Of a DNA stretch of 64,000 bases, positions 54,427-64,000 are shown piece by piece; the stretch's first letter is position 1; every line of letters starts with the position of its first letter. Origin of the DNA: Bacteroidales bacterium (GTDB lineage Bacteria > Bacteroidota > Bacteroidia > Bacteroidales > JAYRGN01); contig JAYRGN010000002.1 of the NCBI GenBank assembly GCA_041907825.1, forward strand, positions 124,924 through 188,923. The letters are read 5' to 3'. The translations under genes and the position numbers were made by a program. Below the pieces are notes generated by a model. It was not told the origin of the DNA. It did no database searches and was given only the letters and a program-made list of their open reading frames with translations.

Positions 54427-56049
54427 TTATTTCAATGTTATAGTAACAGGCGTTAATTCACGAACTTGTGTTCCTACAACTGCTTTTATTTCACTAAAAT
54501 ATAATTTAGTGTTTTTTGCTCCTCTGTTGATATATTCTTCCATTTCCGTAGTTAATTTGTTGGATTTGGAAACAGATTCTTTATTATACCCTCCAACTGT
54601 CAATTCCATTTTAAATGAAACAACACGGCAATTAAGTTCAAAATCAAAATTTTCCATTTGAGCAATGGCAAAAGGTGAAGCAAGAAGCATCTCTTTCGAT
54701 AATCCACCACCTTTAGATCCGCCTATTTTTGCAACAGGATCTGGTACTCCTTTTACTCGAAATGTTTTAGTTCCAATTACTTTTTTAGAGCCTTCTATTT
54801 CTGCATAAATTGTTATAACAGAAGATGTTCCATTTCCTGGATTTACCGCCCAGCCACCGTCCGCGGTTTTATTTATAGCCCCATTCGTAATAGTAGCAGA
54901 TATTTTATCAGAAGGAATACCTGGCACAGAAATATCTACAGGATTACCTCCCGGGACATCACGGTAAAATACATTCATTTTACTAGCTGATATTACAGCT
55001 GAAGGTTCGGATACTTGATATTCTGCACGAAATGATCGTGTTATATCAGCTCCACCATTGGGCGATTTTAACTTTATAAGACCACCCCACTTCCGGGAAC
55101 CTACCGCCCCACCTGTAACTGTATAGACTCCTTTGCCGTTTTTAACGGGAACAGTTTCATATGGTTGTCTCATTTTTAATATGTACGAACCATCGGGCTG
55201 GCGTATAGAATCATAAGACCCTATACAAATTTCTGGATTTTGAGTAGAATCGGATGCAGCAATAAAAATTTGGGCAGAATATTGATTTCCTTTTAAAACA
55301 TAATTAGATTTTGGTAATACAACTGCTTCTAATTTATTGAAAGTAAAGGCTCCTGCATCAATACTTGCATATAAATAGCGAAGAATGTCAGATTCGGCAT
55401 TTCTAACATTAGCTTGAAGACCAGATAATTCTGTAATAATTGCAATCAACGGAATATGCTCAAAGTTTTCTGTTTCCCAAGTCTTTCTTTCTCCATCTGG
55501 AGCAAGAGGAGGATCTTTCGTTTCTAAACTTTTTTCAATAGATTCTTTTACACTTTCAGCTTTTGGATCAAGCATCCCTACAAAAAAGGAATTAAGTTCT
55601 CCTATTTTTTTTCGCAAATCTTTAGATTTACCCTTGTTAATCATGATATTGGCAGGAATATCTTGGTTATCCTTTGAGTTGATTTTTAGAGGGTTTATTT
55701 TCCCTCCTTCTTCAATCGCTTCTGCTTTTTTTCCATCAGCCGTGGTAATTATCTCTATTTTTAAAGATTGAATATAATCTATTACCTCTTTTGTCTGTTT
55801 TTGAACTTGGTGAGCTAAATCTACATATCTTCCAGCCTTTGCATGATTTGTTATGTCTGCCTGAGCAAATGCAGAGTACATTAACTCATTTTTATCTTTA
55901 AAATTTTCAGTTGTTTTTGTCAAACCTGTATCTACATTAACAAAAGCGTTTAGTACTTCTTTTTGAACATTCAATGCTAACATTGCAGTCAAAAATAAGT
56001 ACATCATACCTATCATTTTCTGTCTAGGTGTCTCTTTTCCGTGCCCCAT
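54427..56049 (-). CDS. gldM: gliding motility / T9SS protein GldM (PorM)
   Basis: 540 aa; characteristic N-terminus GKETPRQKMIGMMYLFLTAMLALNV; single TM helix plus long periplasmic region. Confidence 0.92.
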   Translation of the reverse strand: MGHGKETPRQKMIGMMYLFLTAMLALNVQKEVLNAFVNVDTGLTKTTENFKDKNELMYSAFAQADITNHAKAGRYVDLAHQVQKQTKEVIDYIQSLKIEIITTADGKKAEAIEEGGKINPLKINSKDNQDIPANIMINKGKSKDLRKKIGELNSFFVGMLDPKAESVKESIEKSLETKDPPLAPDGERKTWETENFEHIPLIAIITELSGLQANVRNAESDILRYLYASIDAGAFTFNKLEAVVLPKSNYVLKGNQYSAQIFIAASDSTQNPEICIGSYDSIRQPDGSYILKMRQPYETVPVKNGKGVYTVTGGAVGSRKWGGLIKLKSPNGGADITRSFRAEYQVSEPSAVISASKMNVFYRDVPGGNPVDISVPGIPSDKISATITNGAINKTADGGWAVNPGNGTSSVITIYAEIEGSKKVIGTKTFRVKGVPDPVAKIGGSKGGGLSKEMLLASPFAIAQMENFDFELNCRVVSFKMELTVGGYNKESVSKSNKLTTEMEEYINRGAKNTKLYFSEIKAVVGTQVRELTPVTITLK

Positions 56050-56070
56050 TTTATACTAGAAAAAGTAGCG

Positions 56071-57030
56071 TTAACGTTTAGATGCATTCATTGCAGAAAG
56101 CATATTACCATAGATAGTATTAAGACTAGCTAAATTTTGGCTAAGTTTTGCTATCTCTTCACGATAAAGCTTCGTTTCGTCAACTGAAGATTGTAAATTT
56201 TTGAGCATCTCTTCCATTCCTCCGTAGAGTTGCTCTGTATTTTTTAAACTTTCTTGTGTCCCTTTTAATTGTAATTCATAAAGGGCATTAAGTTGGTCTA
56301 AATTTAATGTTAACTGATCTAATTTTTGTCCGTAACTTTTTCCACCTTCTGAAATTGAATTGTAATAAGCAGAAATTGAGTCGGTTAGCTTCTTGTAATT
56401 GTCTGTTAATAATGAACTGGAATTATTAAGCTGTTCAGCAACATGTTGCCCTGATTGTTCTACAATTCCTGCAACTTTTACATAGGAGTTACTTAATGCT
56501 CCCATTGCTGTATGTAATGTTTCGGTTGATGAAGAATAAGAATCAGTTAATTTGTCAAATGTCTGAGCTGCATTTTTTAAATTTTCTGAATATTGCTGAG
56601 CTGCAACGGTCGATTCTGTAATATCTGAAATTTTAGAAGCAGCTGATCCTAATTTTGAAAGACCTTCACCAACTCGATCTATCGCTTCTTCTGAGATATT
56701 GGATCCTCCAACTAGAGCGTCAAAACGTTCTAAATTTGTGCGATTCCCAATAATACCTTCCTTATAGGATTCCATTTCATCATCTTCTGTCATCCCTGCC
56801 AGTTCAGGGTATACCAAAGTCCAATCGAGTTCTTCATGTAATGGCTCAAACGCTGAGAAAAAGAAAATTAAGGCTTCTGTACATAAACCGACTGTAAGCA
56901 TAATCCCTGCACCAGGCCAATGCTGAATTTTGAATAACGCACCGATTAACACTACAGTTGCTCCCCAACCATAGACTTTTGCCATAAATTTTTTCCATCC
57001 AGTTGTCTCTACGAGCTCAGAAATATTCAT
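56071..57030 (-). CDS. gldL: gliding motility / T9SS protein GldL (PorL)
   Basis: 319 aa; characteristic N-terminus KFMAKVYGWGATVVLIGALFKIQHWPGAG...EALIFFFSAFEP (two TM helices) and a coiled-coil tail. Confidence 0.92.
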   Translation of the reverse strand: MNISELVETTGWKKFMAKVYGWGATVVLIGALFKIQHWPGAGIMLTVGLCTEALIFFFSAFEPLHEELDWTLVYPELAGMTEDDEMESYKEGIIGNRTNLERFDALVGGSNISEEAIDRVGEGLSKLGSAASKISDITESTVAAQQYSENLKNAAQTFDKLTDSYSSSTETLHTAMGALSNSYVKVAGIVEQSGQHVAEQLNNSSSLLTDNYKKLTDSISAYYNSISEGGKSYGQKLDQLTLNLDQLNALYELQLKGTQESLKNTEQLYGGMEEMLKNLQSSVDETKLYREEIAKLSQNLASLNTIYGNMLSAMNASKR

Positions 57031-57050
57031 GATCTAATAATTACTTGTTG

Positions 57051-58385
57051 TTAATTACTGTTACCTAAGAAAGAACGTACACATCGGAACCCTATATATG
57101 ATTTAGAGGTATCCTGATATTCGTAAGTACGGGCAGATGTTTGCATGTAATAAGCAATATCTTTCCATGAACCTCCTCTTACAACTTTTCTTTTTAGTAC
57201 TGGCGGATCATCCGGGCGAGCATTGTATTTATAATCTGGATTAAGATCGTGTGTATAGACATAAGCTGATTCATCATATGCGTTAGCGGTCCATTCTGAA
57301 ACATTTCCCGCCATATCATAAAGATTGAACTCGTTTGGCTCAAAACTAGCTACTTTCATACATGTCATGCCTCCATCGTCGCCATAACGACCACGCATTG
57401 GTTTAAAGTTTGCAAGGAAACATCCCTTGTTATTACGGGTGTACAATCCACCCCAAGGGTACATAGATAAAGCTAAACCTCCACGGGCAGCATATTCCCA
57501 TTCTGATTCGGTTGGTAACCGATAATCCTGAACAAAAGATTCCCCTGACTTATGTAAGGCATTGTTTAATAATTGAGTACGCCATATACAAAATGCTGTA
57601 GCCTGTTTCCATGATACCCCGACAACAGGGTAATTATCAAAAGCTGGATGCCAAAAGTACATTGTTGTTGCAGGCTCATTAAATGAATAGGTAAAATCCG
57701 CTATCCAACATAATGTATCTGGATAAACATTAACAACATCACGAATTACGAAAGAAGATCGATTTGTGATTTTTACTTTTTCTCCTTGTGCATTGATTAT
57801 CTGACCGTCGTATTGTTTTGTTTGAAAATTGTAGCGGTTACTTTTTTCAGCAGCTTGCTTTAAATCAACCCAGTAATACTCAAACATCAGTTTACGTGTG
57901 TCTATTTCTTTACGACGATAGAAACGTTCTTGATCAGACAGATAAAGATCTTTTACAGCTTCTGAAACTTCTTGTTCAGATAAATCTATTTTAGTTTCCC
58001 AATTAAGCATTGGAGGGTCAATGGGATTTCCTAATTCATCTTCTGAAATAATGAAATCTTGAATCTGATCTCCTAACATACGACGCATGATAGAATCACG
58101 GACCCAGTAAACAAACTGGCGATATTCATTATTGGTAATTTCTGTCTGATCGATCCAAAAAGCATCGACTGAAACGGTTTTACTCATTGTATTTTGAGCA
58201 TACGCAACTTCTTGATCACTAGGTCCCATGTTGTAGCTTCCCTGAGGTAAAAATACCATTCCGAAAGGTTCGGGCTCTGTGTATTTTTTTCGTCCAGACA
58301 CTCCTTCGAGTTCTCCACTGCCGGACGATCCGCCACAACCGTAAAGTATGGTTGCTAAAATACTGAAAATCAATGCCTTTTTCAT
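57051..58385 (-). CDS. gldK: gliding motility / T9SS lipoprotein GldK (PorK), FGE-sulfatase fold
   Basis: 444 aa; lipoprotein signal ILATILYGC; formylglycine-generating-enzyme-like blocks (VSWKQATAFC, LPTESEWEYAARGG, RGGSWKD). Confidence 0.92.
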   Translation of the reverse strand: MKKALIFSILATILYGCGGSSGSGELEGVSGRKKYTEPEPFGMVFLPQGSYNMGPSDQEVAYAQNTMSKTVSVDAFWIDQTEITNNEYRQFVYWVRDSIMRRMLGDQIQDFIISEDELGNPIDPPMLNWETKIDLSEQEVSEAVKDLYLSDQERFYRRKEIDTRKLMFEYYWVDLKQAAEKSNRYNFQTKQYDGQIINAQGEKVKITNRSSFVIRDVVNVYPDTLCWIADFTYSFNEPATTMYFWHPAFDNYPVVGVSWKQATAFCIWRTQLLNNALHKSGESFVQDYRLPTESEWEYAARGGLALSMYPWGGLYTRNNKGCFLANFKPMRGRYGDDGGMTCMKVASFEPNEFNLYDMAGNVSEWTANAYDESAYVYTHDLNPDYKYNARPDDPPVLKRKVVRGGSWKDIAYYMQTSARTYEYQDTSKSYIGFRCVRSFLGNSN

Positions 58386-58459
58386 ATTAAAAATATATTA
58401 CTCCTCAAAAAAAGTATAGGCGCTAAAATTAACTATTATTTTGAAAATAGGAATCCTCC

Positions 58460-59458
58460 TTATAAAAATCTGATACTTTTATACCGGTGAGGAACTTTTT
58501 CTTTTTTTAACCCAAACGCGTACGAAACCATTAATTCAACTGATCCATCTGAAAATTTTCCAACAGGTGATAACACATTTGCATCATACGCAATACCAAT
58601 CTTCATTCCGTTGAATAGCTGGAATCCAACCATTCCGGTTAATGCATCGTTTACCCGGTACGAGATACCTGCCCAAATTTTATCGTTATACGAAATATTC
58701 GTATTGAAATTTAGTTGTGTACCTTGCCAATATGTCATGATAAAGACCGATGGGCTTAACGTAATAAGAGGATTCGATGGTAACTGGTAATTATAACCTG
58801 CCGTTAAATACGCATGACGAAGTAGTTTTGTTTCACTTACTGTAGAAGTATTTGTTCCGGTATATTTTAATGTTGGACTGTTTATGTGAGTAACAGATGC
58901 TCCAAAGTACACTTCGTCAGTGGAATACCAAATACCAACACCTGCATCAAGAACGTTAATTTTTTCAGCAGTGCTAGGAATGACATTGTCTGTGGAACTT
59001 GATGTTCCTGTAATATCATACGGATATTTCCAGTTAGGAGAAAAATCATTGTTTAGATATCCGATATTGGCTCCAATTCCCATTTTGCCTTTGCCGACAG
59101 AAAAACGATAAGCATATGATAGGGAGAAATCAATGTTTTTAGCTGTGAAATATTCGTCTTTTTTAACAAGAATACCAATGCCATGTTCTAAACCAAATAG
59201 TTTAAAAGGGGTATGAAGTCCTACAACATCAGTTGTTGGAGCTCCATCTACACCCATCCATTGAATGCGATGAAGGAGATACGCGTTAACCATGTTTGTG
59301 CTACCCGTATAACCGGGATTAACAGCAAATTGATTATACATGTTCATTGAAAATTGCGGATCCTGCTGGGCTTGAGCCCAAGGGAAAACAAAAAAACTTA
59401 TTACTATCGAAATAAGTCCTGCTTTCACAAACCTCTTATGTTCTTTAAGATACCTCAA
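58460..59458 (-). CDS. porP: type IX secretion system membrane protein, PorP/SprF family
   Basis: 332 aa; signal peptide followed by the family N-terminal motif QQDPQFSMNMYNQFAVNPGYTG; beta-barrel-like; directly upstream of gldK. Confidence 0.85.
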   Translation of the reverse strand: MRYLKEHKRFVKAGLISIVISFFVFPWAQAQQDPQFSMNMYNQFAVNPGYTGSTNMVNAYLLHRIQWMGVDGAPTTDVVGLHTPFKLFGLEHGIGILVKKDEYFTAKNIDFSLSYAYRFSVGKGKMGIGANIGYLNNDFSPNWKYPYDITGTSSSTDNVIPSTAEKINVLDAGVGIWYSTDEVYFGASVTHINSPTLKYTGTNTSTVSETKLLRHAYLTAGYNYQLPSNPLITLSPSVFIMTYWQGTQLNFNTNISYNDKIWAGISYRVNDALTGMVGFQLFNGMKIGIAYDANVLSPVGKFSDGSVELMVSYAFGLKKEKVPHRYKSIRFL

Positions 59459-59505
59459 TTTTTATGATATTTATAGGTAAAATAAACAAAAAAATATATC
59501 CCGGA

Positions 59506-59513
59506 CAAATTTA
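59506..59513 (-). promoter_or_regulatory. -7 box TAaaTTTG, candidate promoter of the porP-gldKLMN operon
   Basis: Plus-strand caaattta, 48 nt upstream of ATG 59458. Confidence 0.4.
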
Positions 59514-59571
59514 ACTTTCATTTTGAAAAATAAGGTAAAATGGTTTAAATAATGCTTTTAAAAACATTTAT

Positions 59572-60720
59572 TTAGTTAAATCGTTGAAAATAATACCACC
59601 AACGTGCTGGGATCTCTTCATTACAGGCTTTTTGATAATCCGAATAAGTACAGGGAATATAGATACTGTTTGCAGGATCATCTCCTTTTACGGGTATTTC
59701 AATCCACCAGCGAGCTGTTTTATTGCTTTTGAAAAAAATCATTTCTTTATCTACCAAAGGGTGTCTTACCAGAAAACGTTTAAAATTGTCAGAATCGTTG
59801 GGCGTTTCAGGTTCGCGTAGAACAACTCCTTCTAAAAAATACCAAATAGATTGAGCTATTAATGAAGATGTTATGTTGTTTTGATCTAAAGCTGGATTGC
59901 TTTCAAAAAAACCTGCTACTTTAATGTCTGGACTGATTCCTGCATAGCGGGTTAATTGACAGAACTCTTCACCTACAAAGCCATTTGGCGAAGCTTGAGA
60001 AGATCCGGGAGCATCGGCATGTTTAACCGAGCCAATGTCAAAACTTGCCATATTGGCAAATCTAAAATAAGGTTCAGCATCTGCAAGATTAAAACGTATT
60101 TGCCCTACACGTAACGTTGTAAAAAGCTTGTCTTCCATTAAATCGGTTACTGCCGGATCTATATAATAAACCTGACTACCAATGTTAACATAATCCATTG
60201 CCGAGTTTTGATCTGCTATCTGAGAAAGGTACGATCGTGAAACCGGAATTTTTTTATCCGAAGAATAATCAATTCTAGAATCAACTGTAACTAAACGTAA
60301 AGGAAGTGCCAAGTGCGAAGCTGCCATTCCCATAGCAATGGTAAGATCTTGACTTCCACCTATTACCACCGTTACTATATTCTTTGAAGACAATTCAATC
60401 AGAACCTCTCTAAGTCCGTAATACGAATCGTTAACCGTTTTTCCTGTTTTGAGATTTCCTAGATCTGCAATTTTTAATTTTCGTTTAAACCAAAATAGCT
60501 TATAAAGTTGCTCTCTTATTTTATCTGGAGCAGCAGCTGAGCCTTGATTGTCAGAATTACGGTCTTCGCAAACGCCTAAGATAACAACCTGATAATCTTC
60601 AATATTAATCGGGATGTCTTTCGAATGAACGGAGATCTTGTTTATAAACAAGTTTTCATTAGAAATTCCAATATTAATATCTTTAAAGTCAACAGGCTCA
60701 AAATAATCGGTAATGTTCAT
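59572..60720 (-). CDS. arginase/formimidoylglutamase-fold (ureohydrolase-like) protein with substituted metal-ligand motifs
   Basis: 382 aa; blocks VVIGGSQDLT, LVTVDSRIDYS and ASFDIGSVKHADAPGSS occupy the positions of the ureohydrolase motifs GGDHS, DAHxD and SxDxDxxDP. Confidence 0.5.
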   Translation of the reverse strand: MNITDYFEPVDFKDINIGISNENLFINKISVHSKDIPINIEDYQVVILGVCEDRNSDNQGSAAAPDKIREQLYKLFWFKRKLKIADLGNLKTGKTVNDSYYGLREVLIELSSKNIVTVVIGGSQDLTIAMGMAASHLALPLRLVTVDSRIDYSSDKKIPVSRSYLSQIADQNSAMDYVNIGSQVYYIDPAVTDLMEDKLFTTLRVGQIRFNLADAEPYFRFANMASFDIGSVKHADAPGSSQASPNGFVGEEFCQLTRYAGISPDIKVAGFFESNPALDQNNITSSLIAQSIWYFLEGVVLREPETPNDSDNFKRFLVRHPLVDKEMIFFKSNKTARWWIEIPVKGDDPANSIYIPCTYSDYQKACNEEIPARWWYYFQRFN

Positions 60721-60729
60721 AAAGAAGAT

Positions 60730-63069
60730 TTACTTTTTTACTTTTTTCTTGGCTTTCGCTTTTGCCGGAGATTTCGATGCTTCTTTAATTATTTTCATGC
60801 AAGATTCATAATCAAGAGCAGCGGGTTCTACATCTTTTGGTATTTTGTAGTTTTCTTTATTGAAAGAAATGTAAGGTCCCCAACGTCCGTTTAATACTTG
60901 TAATCCTGGTTCGTTCTCAAACGTCTTAATGGTTTTATTCCGATCTTTTTCTCGCTTTTCCTCAATAAGTTCAATTGCTCTTTCTGATTCGATCGTATAA
61001 GGATCGTCAATTCCTTTTTTTAACGAATAAAACGCTGATTTATGTTGAACGTAAGGCCCAAAACGTCCAATTGAAACGACCATCTCTGAACCTTCATATT
61101 GTCCAATTTTACGAGGAAGACTTAATAAAGCCAGCGCTTCTTCCAATGAGATTTTTTCGATATATTGACCTTGTTGTAAACTGGCATAACGTGGTTTCTC
61201 TCCGCCTTCTTCAGTTTTACCAAGTTGTACCATTGGTCCAAATTTGCCCATTTTAGCAAAGACGGGAAGTTTTGTGGCCGGATCTGTTCCTAACTGGCGT
61301 TCTCCAATTGAGTGGTCTTTTGAATTGAGCGCATTTTCTACATGAACATGAAATGGCGTATAAAAATGATCGATCATTTCATTCCATACTCGTTTTCCAT
61401 CCGCAATTTCATCAAATTCCTTTTCGACGCTGGCCGTGAAATTGAAATCCATGATATTAGGGAAATGAATTAATAAATAGTCATTTACAATCATTCCGAT
61501 GTCACTGGGAAATAATTTGGATTTTTCGGCTCCTGTGTTTTCTGTTTTAATCTCTTTTGAAATTTCGGAACCCGAAAGTGTTAAAATCGAGATTTTGCGT
61601 TCAGAACCCATGCGATCTTCTTTCGAAACATATCCACGAGCAAGAATGGTGGATATGGTTGGAGCATAAGTAGATGGACGTCCAATGCCTAATTCTTCCA
61701 ACTTCTTAACCAAGCTAGCTTCTGTATAACGAGCCGGATGATGCGTAAATTTTTCGGAAGCCTGTATTTGCTTACGATTTAGTAATTGATCGATTTCGAG
61801 AGGAGGTAGTAGTGTTTCATCAGTTTCGTCAATTTCCTCGTCTGTCGATTCGTGGTAAACGCGTAAAAAACCGTCGAACTTAATAACTTCTCCGTTTGCT
61901 ATAAAAAGGCCTTTATGTGTTGATATACCAATAGATACAGTTGTTTTTTCAAGTGCAGCATCGCTCATTTGAGAAGCTATGGTTCGTTTCCATATCAATT
62001 CATACAAACGTTTTTCGGCGGCCGAACCCGAAACTGTGTCATTTTCCATGTAGGTGGGACGAATCGCTTCGTGTGCTTCCTGTGCACCTTTGGTTTTTGT
62101 TTTGTAATGACGAATATTAAGATATTTTTCGCCATATAAGCCGGTTATCGCTTCTTTAGCTGCAGAAAGAGCTGTTTCCGAAAGGTTTACAGAGTCAGTA
62201 CGCATGTAGGTTATTTTACCTGCTTCGTACAAGCGTTGCGCAACTGTCATGGTTTGTGCAACCGAAAATCCAAGTTTCCTGCTGGCTTCCTGTTGCAGCG
62301 TGGATGTGGTAAACGGCGGAGCCGGCGTCTTTTTACCGGGTTTAACCGAAATATCTTTAATTCGAAACTCGGCATTTCTACAAATCTCTAAAAATGCCTG
62401 AGCTTCGGTAAGTGTAGCAAAGCGTTCGGGAAGTTCAGCCTGTAGATTGTATTTTTTCCCTTTTTCGTCTAAAACTTCAAAAACAGCAGTAACCCGATAT
62501 GCCGAAGTAGACTGAAATGCCATAATCTCACGTTCGCGCTCAACAATAAGCCGAACCGCTACCGATTGTACTCTTCCTGCAGATAATGAAGGTTTTACCT
62601 TTTTCCAGAGTAGAGGTGAAATTTCAAAACCAACCAAGCGATCCAATATTCGGCGAGCCTGCTGAGCATTTACCAAATTTTGATTTATGGTACGTGGGTT
62701 TTGAATAGCATGTTGTATGGCAGGCTTTGTTATTTCGTTGAAAACTATACGTTTAGTTGTTGTTAAACTTAAACCTAAAACTTCCGCAAGGTGCCATGCA
62801 ATAGCTTCTCCTTCGCGGTCTTCATCGGATGCGAGCCAAACAGTTTTTGCTGTTTTTGCCAGTTTCTTTAATTCTGAAACAATTTGTTTCTTGTCGTCCG
62901 AGACGACATAATCGGGTTTATACTTATTATTAAGATCTATTCCCAGATTTTTTTTTGCCAGATCCCGGATATGACCAAAACTGGATTTTACCAGAAAGTC
63001 TTTTCCCAGAAACTTTTCTATCGTTTTAGCCTTTGCAGGAGACTCAACAATTACAAGATTTTCTTCCAT
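60730..63069 (-). CDS. topA: DNA topoisomerase I (type IA)
   Basis: 779 aa; Toprim N-terminus LVIVESPAKAKTIEKFLG; DEDREGE; catalytic Tyr block ITYMRTDS; C-terminal GRFGPYV/GRWGPYI repeats and a Lys-rich tail. Confidence 0.97.
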   Translation of the reverse strand: MEENLVIVESPAKAKTIEKFLGKDFLVKSSFGHIRDLAKKNLGIDLNNKYKPDYVVSDDKKQIVSELKKLAKTAKTVWLASDEDREGEAIAWHLAEVLGLSLTTTKRIVFNEITKPAIQHAIQNPRTINQNLVNAQQARRILDRLVGFEISPLLWKKVKPSLSAGRVQSVAVRLIVEREREIMAFQSTSAYRVTAVFEVLDEKGKKYNLQAELPERFATLTEAQAFLEICRNAEFRIKDISVKPGKKTPAPPFTTSTLQQEASRKLGFSVAQTMTVAQRLYEAGKITYMRTDSVNLSETALSAAKEAITGLYGEKYLNIRHYKTKTKGAQEAHEAIRPTYMENDTVSGSAAEKRLYELIWKRTIASQMSDAALEKTTVSIGISTHKGLFIANGEVIKFDGFLRVYHESTDEEIDETDETLLPPLEIDQLLNRKQIQASEKFTHHPARYTEASLVKKLEELGIGRPSTYAPTISTILARGYVSKEDRMGSERKISILTLSGSEISKEIKTENTGAEKSKLFPSDIGMIVNDYLLIHFPNIMDFNFTASVEKEFDEIADGKRVWNEMIDHFYTPFHVHVENALNSKDHSIGERQLGTDPATKLPVFAKMGKFGPMVQLGKTEEGGEKPRYASLQQGQYIEKISLEEALALLSLPRKIGQYEGSEMVVSIGRFGPYVQHKSAFYSLKKGIDDPYTIESERAIELIEEKREKDRNKTIKTFENEPGLQVLNGRWGPYISFNKENYKIPKDVEPAALDYESCMKIIKEASKSPAKAKAKKKVKK

Positions 63070-63147
63070 TCACAATGGGTTTTTTTGAAAAACTTCACAA
63101 AGTAAAGCATTTAGAAACGGATGTTCCAAATTCATGGTAAGTTTTGT

Positions 63148-63155
63148 TATTTTTG
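63148..63155 (+). promoter_or_regulatory. -7 box TAttTTTG for the PBP1A gene
   Basis: Matches TAnnTTTG, 21 nt upstream of ATG 63176. Confidence 0.45.
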
Positions 63156-63175
63156 CCCGAAACTCAAAGGAAATT

Positions 63176-64000
63176 ATGAGTAAAAATTCCTACGACGAAA
63201 AAAAATACATTAAAGGCTTCTGGATTATTATCCTTTCGCCTTTTGCCCTTTTGTTTCTCATTCTTTTATTGACAGGAACAGGTTTGTTAGGTTTTATGCC
63301 GACTTTTGAAGATCTGGAAAATCCAAGAAGCAGTCTGGCTTCCGAAGTAATTTCGGATGACGGAGCACTCTTGGGTAAATATTTTTTTGTTAACCGTTCG
63401 TATGTAAGCTTCGATGAGCTTTCGCCAAATGCAGTAAATGCATTGGTTGCAACCGAAGATATTCGCTTTTATAAACATACAGGAGTGGATCTTAGAGGAT
63501 TAGGTCGTGTTTTCTTTAAAACTATTTTATTGGGAAGCAATAGCTCTGGAGGAGGAAGTACCATTACGCAGCAGTTGGCCAAAAATCTTTTTCCACGCGA
63601 TACAACATCTAATCACTCATTTTTTGCTCGAAAAGGAACGCTTGCACTTAGTAAATTTAAAGAGTGGATTACTGCTGTTAAGCTTGAACGCAATTATACG
63701 AAAGAAGAAATTTTATCGATGTATCTTAATACGGTTCCGTTTGGAGGAAATGCCTACGGAATAAAATCGGCATCTAAAATCTTTTTCAATGTAGAACCCA
63801 AGGATCTTAAAATAGAGCAGGCTGCGTTGTTGATTGGTCTGTTGAAAGCTCCTACTGCGTACAGCCCCGTTTTGAACCCCGAGCGCTCGTTAACCCGCCG
63901 GAACGTGGTTCTTAAGCAAATGAACAAATACCATTTTATTACGGATGAACAGTATGATTCTTTGTGTCGTTTGCCTATTCGTCTGAATTACAAACCTCAG
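63176..64000 (+). CDS. penicillin-binding protein 1A-type bifunctional transglycosylase/transpeptidase (3'-truncated by the window edge)
   Basis: ATG 63176 is open to position 64000 (275 codons). TM anchor FWIIILSPFALLFLILLL; GT51 motifs ATEDIRFYKHTGVD, GGSTITQQLAKN and RKGTLALSKFKEWITAVKLE. Confidence 0.9.
   Translation, partial: MSKNSYDEKKYIKGFWIIILSPFALLFLILLLTGTGLLGFMPTFEDLENPRSSLASEVISDDGALLGKYFFVNRSYVSFDELSPNAVNALVATEDIRFYKHTGVDLRGLGRVFFKTILLGSNSSGGGSTITQQLAKNLFPRDTTSNHSFFARKGTLALSKFKEWITAVKLERNYTKEEILSMYLNTVPFGGNAYGIKSASKIFFNVEPKDLKIEQAALLIGLLKAPTAYSPVLNPERSLTRRNVVLKQMNKYHFITDEQYDSLCRLPIRLNYKPQ

Overview
This is a 64-kb chromosomal window from a Bacteroidota genome. That assignment rests on the porP-gldK-gldL-gldM-gldN type IX secretion/gliding operon, TAnnTTTG -7 promoter boxes in front of all three tRNAs and many genes, and SusC-plug-like and choice-of-anchor-L motifs. 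I call 58 protein-coding genes, including one 56-codon ORF missing from the ORF track and a 3'-truncated PBP1A gene at the right edge. There are 3 tRNAs: Gln-CUG, initiator Met-CAU and Cys-GCA. I saw no rRNA, CRISPR array, transposase/integrase or prophage genes. Most of the content is housekeeping or envelope-related: radA, ung, dxr-rseP, tatA, ctp, dCMP deaminase, glnS, folB, topA, mlaEF-like, mannose-1-P guanylyltransferase, dsbD-like, mntP and a GH9 endoglucanase. A glycyl radical enzyme with its activase, a superoxide reductase and an L-cysteine desulfidase-like protein suggest an anaerobic lifestyle. Five items deserve a second look. (1) A 252-bp array of twelve exact 21-bp (7-codon) tandem units with internal inverted symmetry sits in a 578-bp intergenic gap (22794-23045) and fits neither a normal gene nor a known repeat class. 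(2) An apparent activase / HypD-like glycyl radical enzyme / DPP-IV operon lies beside a second Xaa-Pro dipeptidyl peptidase, a candidate proline/hydroxyproline-peptide module, and its activase lacks auxiliary Fe-S cysteines. (3) A BlaI/BlaR1-like pair has a TonB-plug-like sensor domain instead of a PBP-like one, and its candidate operator overlaps the -7 box. (4) A LiaF-like/LytS-like/LytTR module is preceded by a 14-bp direct repeat with 21-bp period. (5) An arginase-fold protein beside the T9SS operon has half of its expected metal ligands substituted. All functional calls come from motif recognition by eye; no database search was possible.
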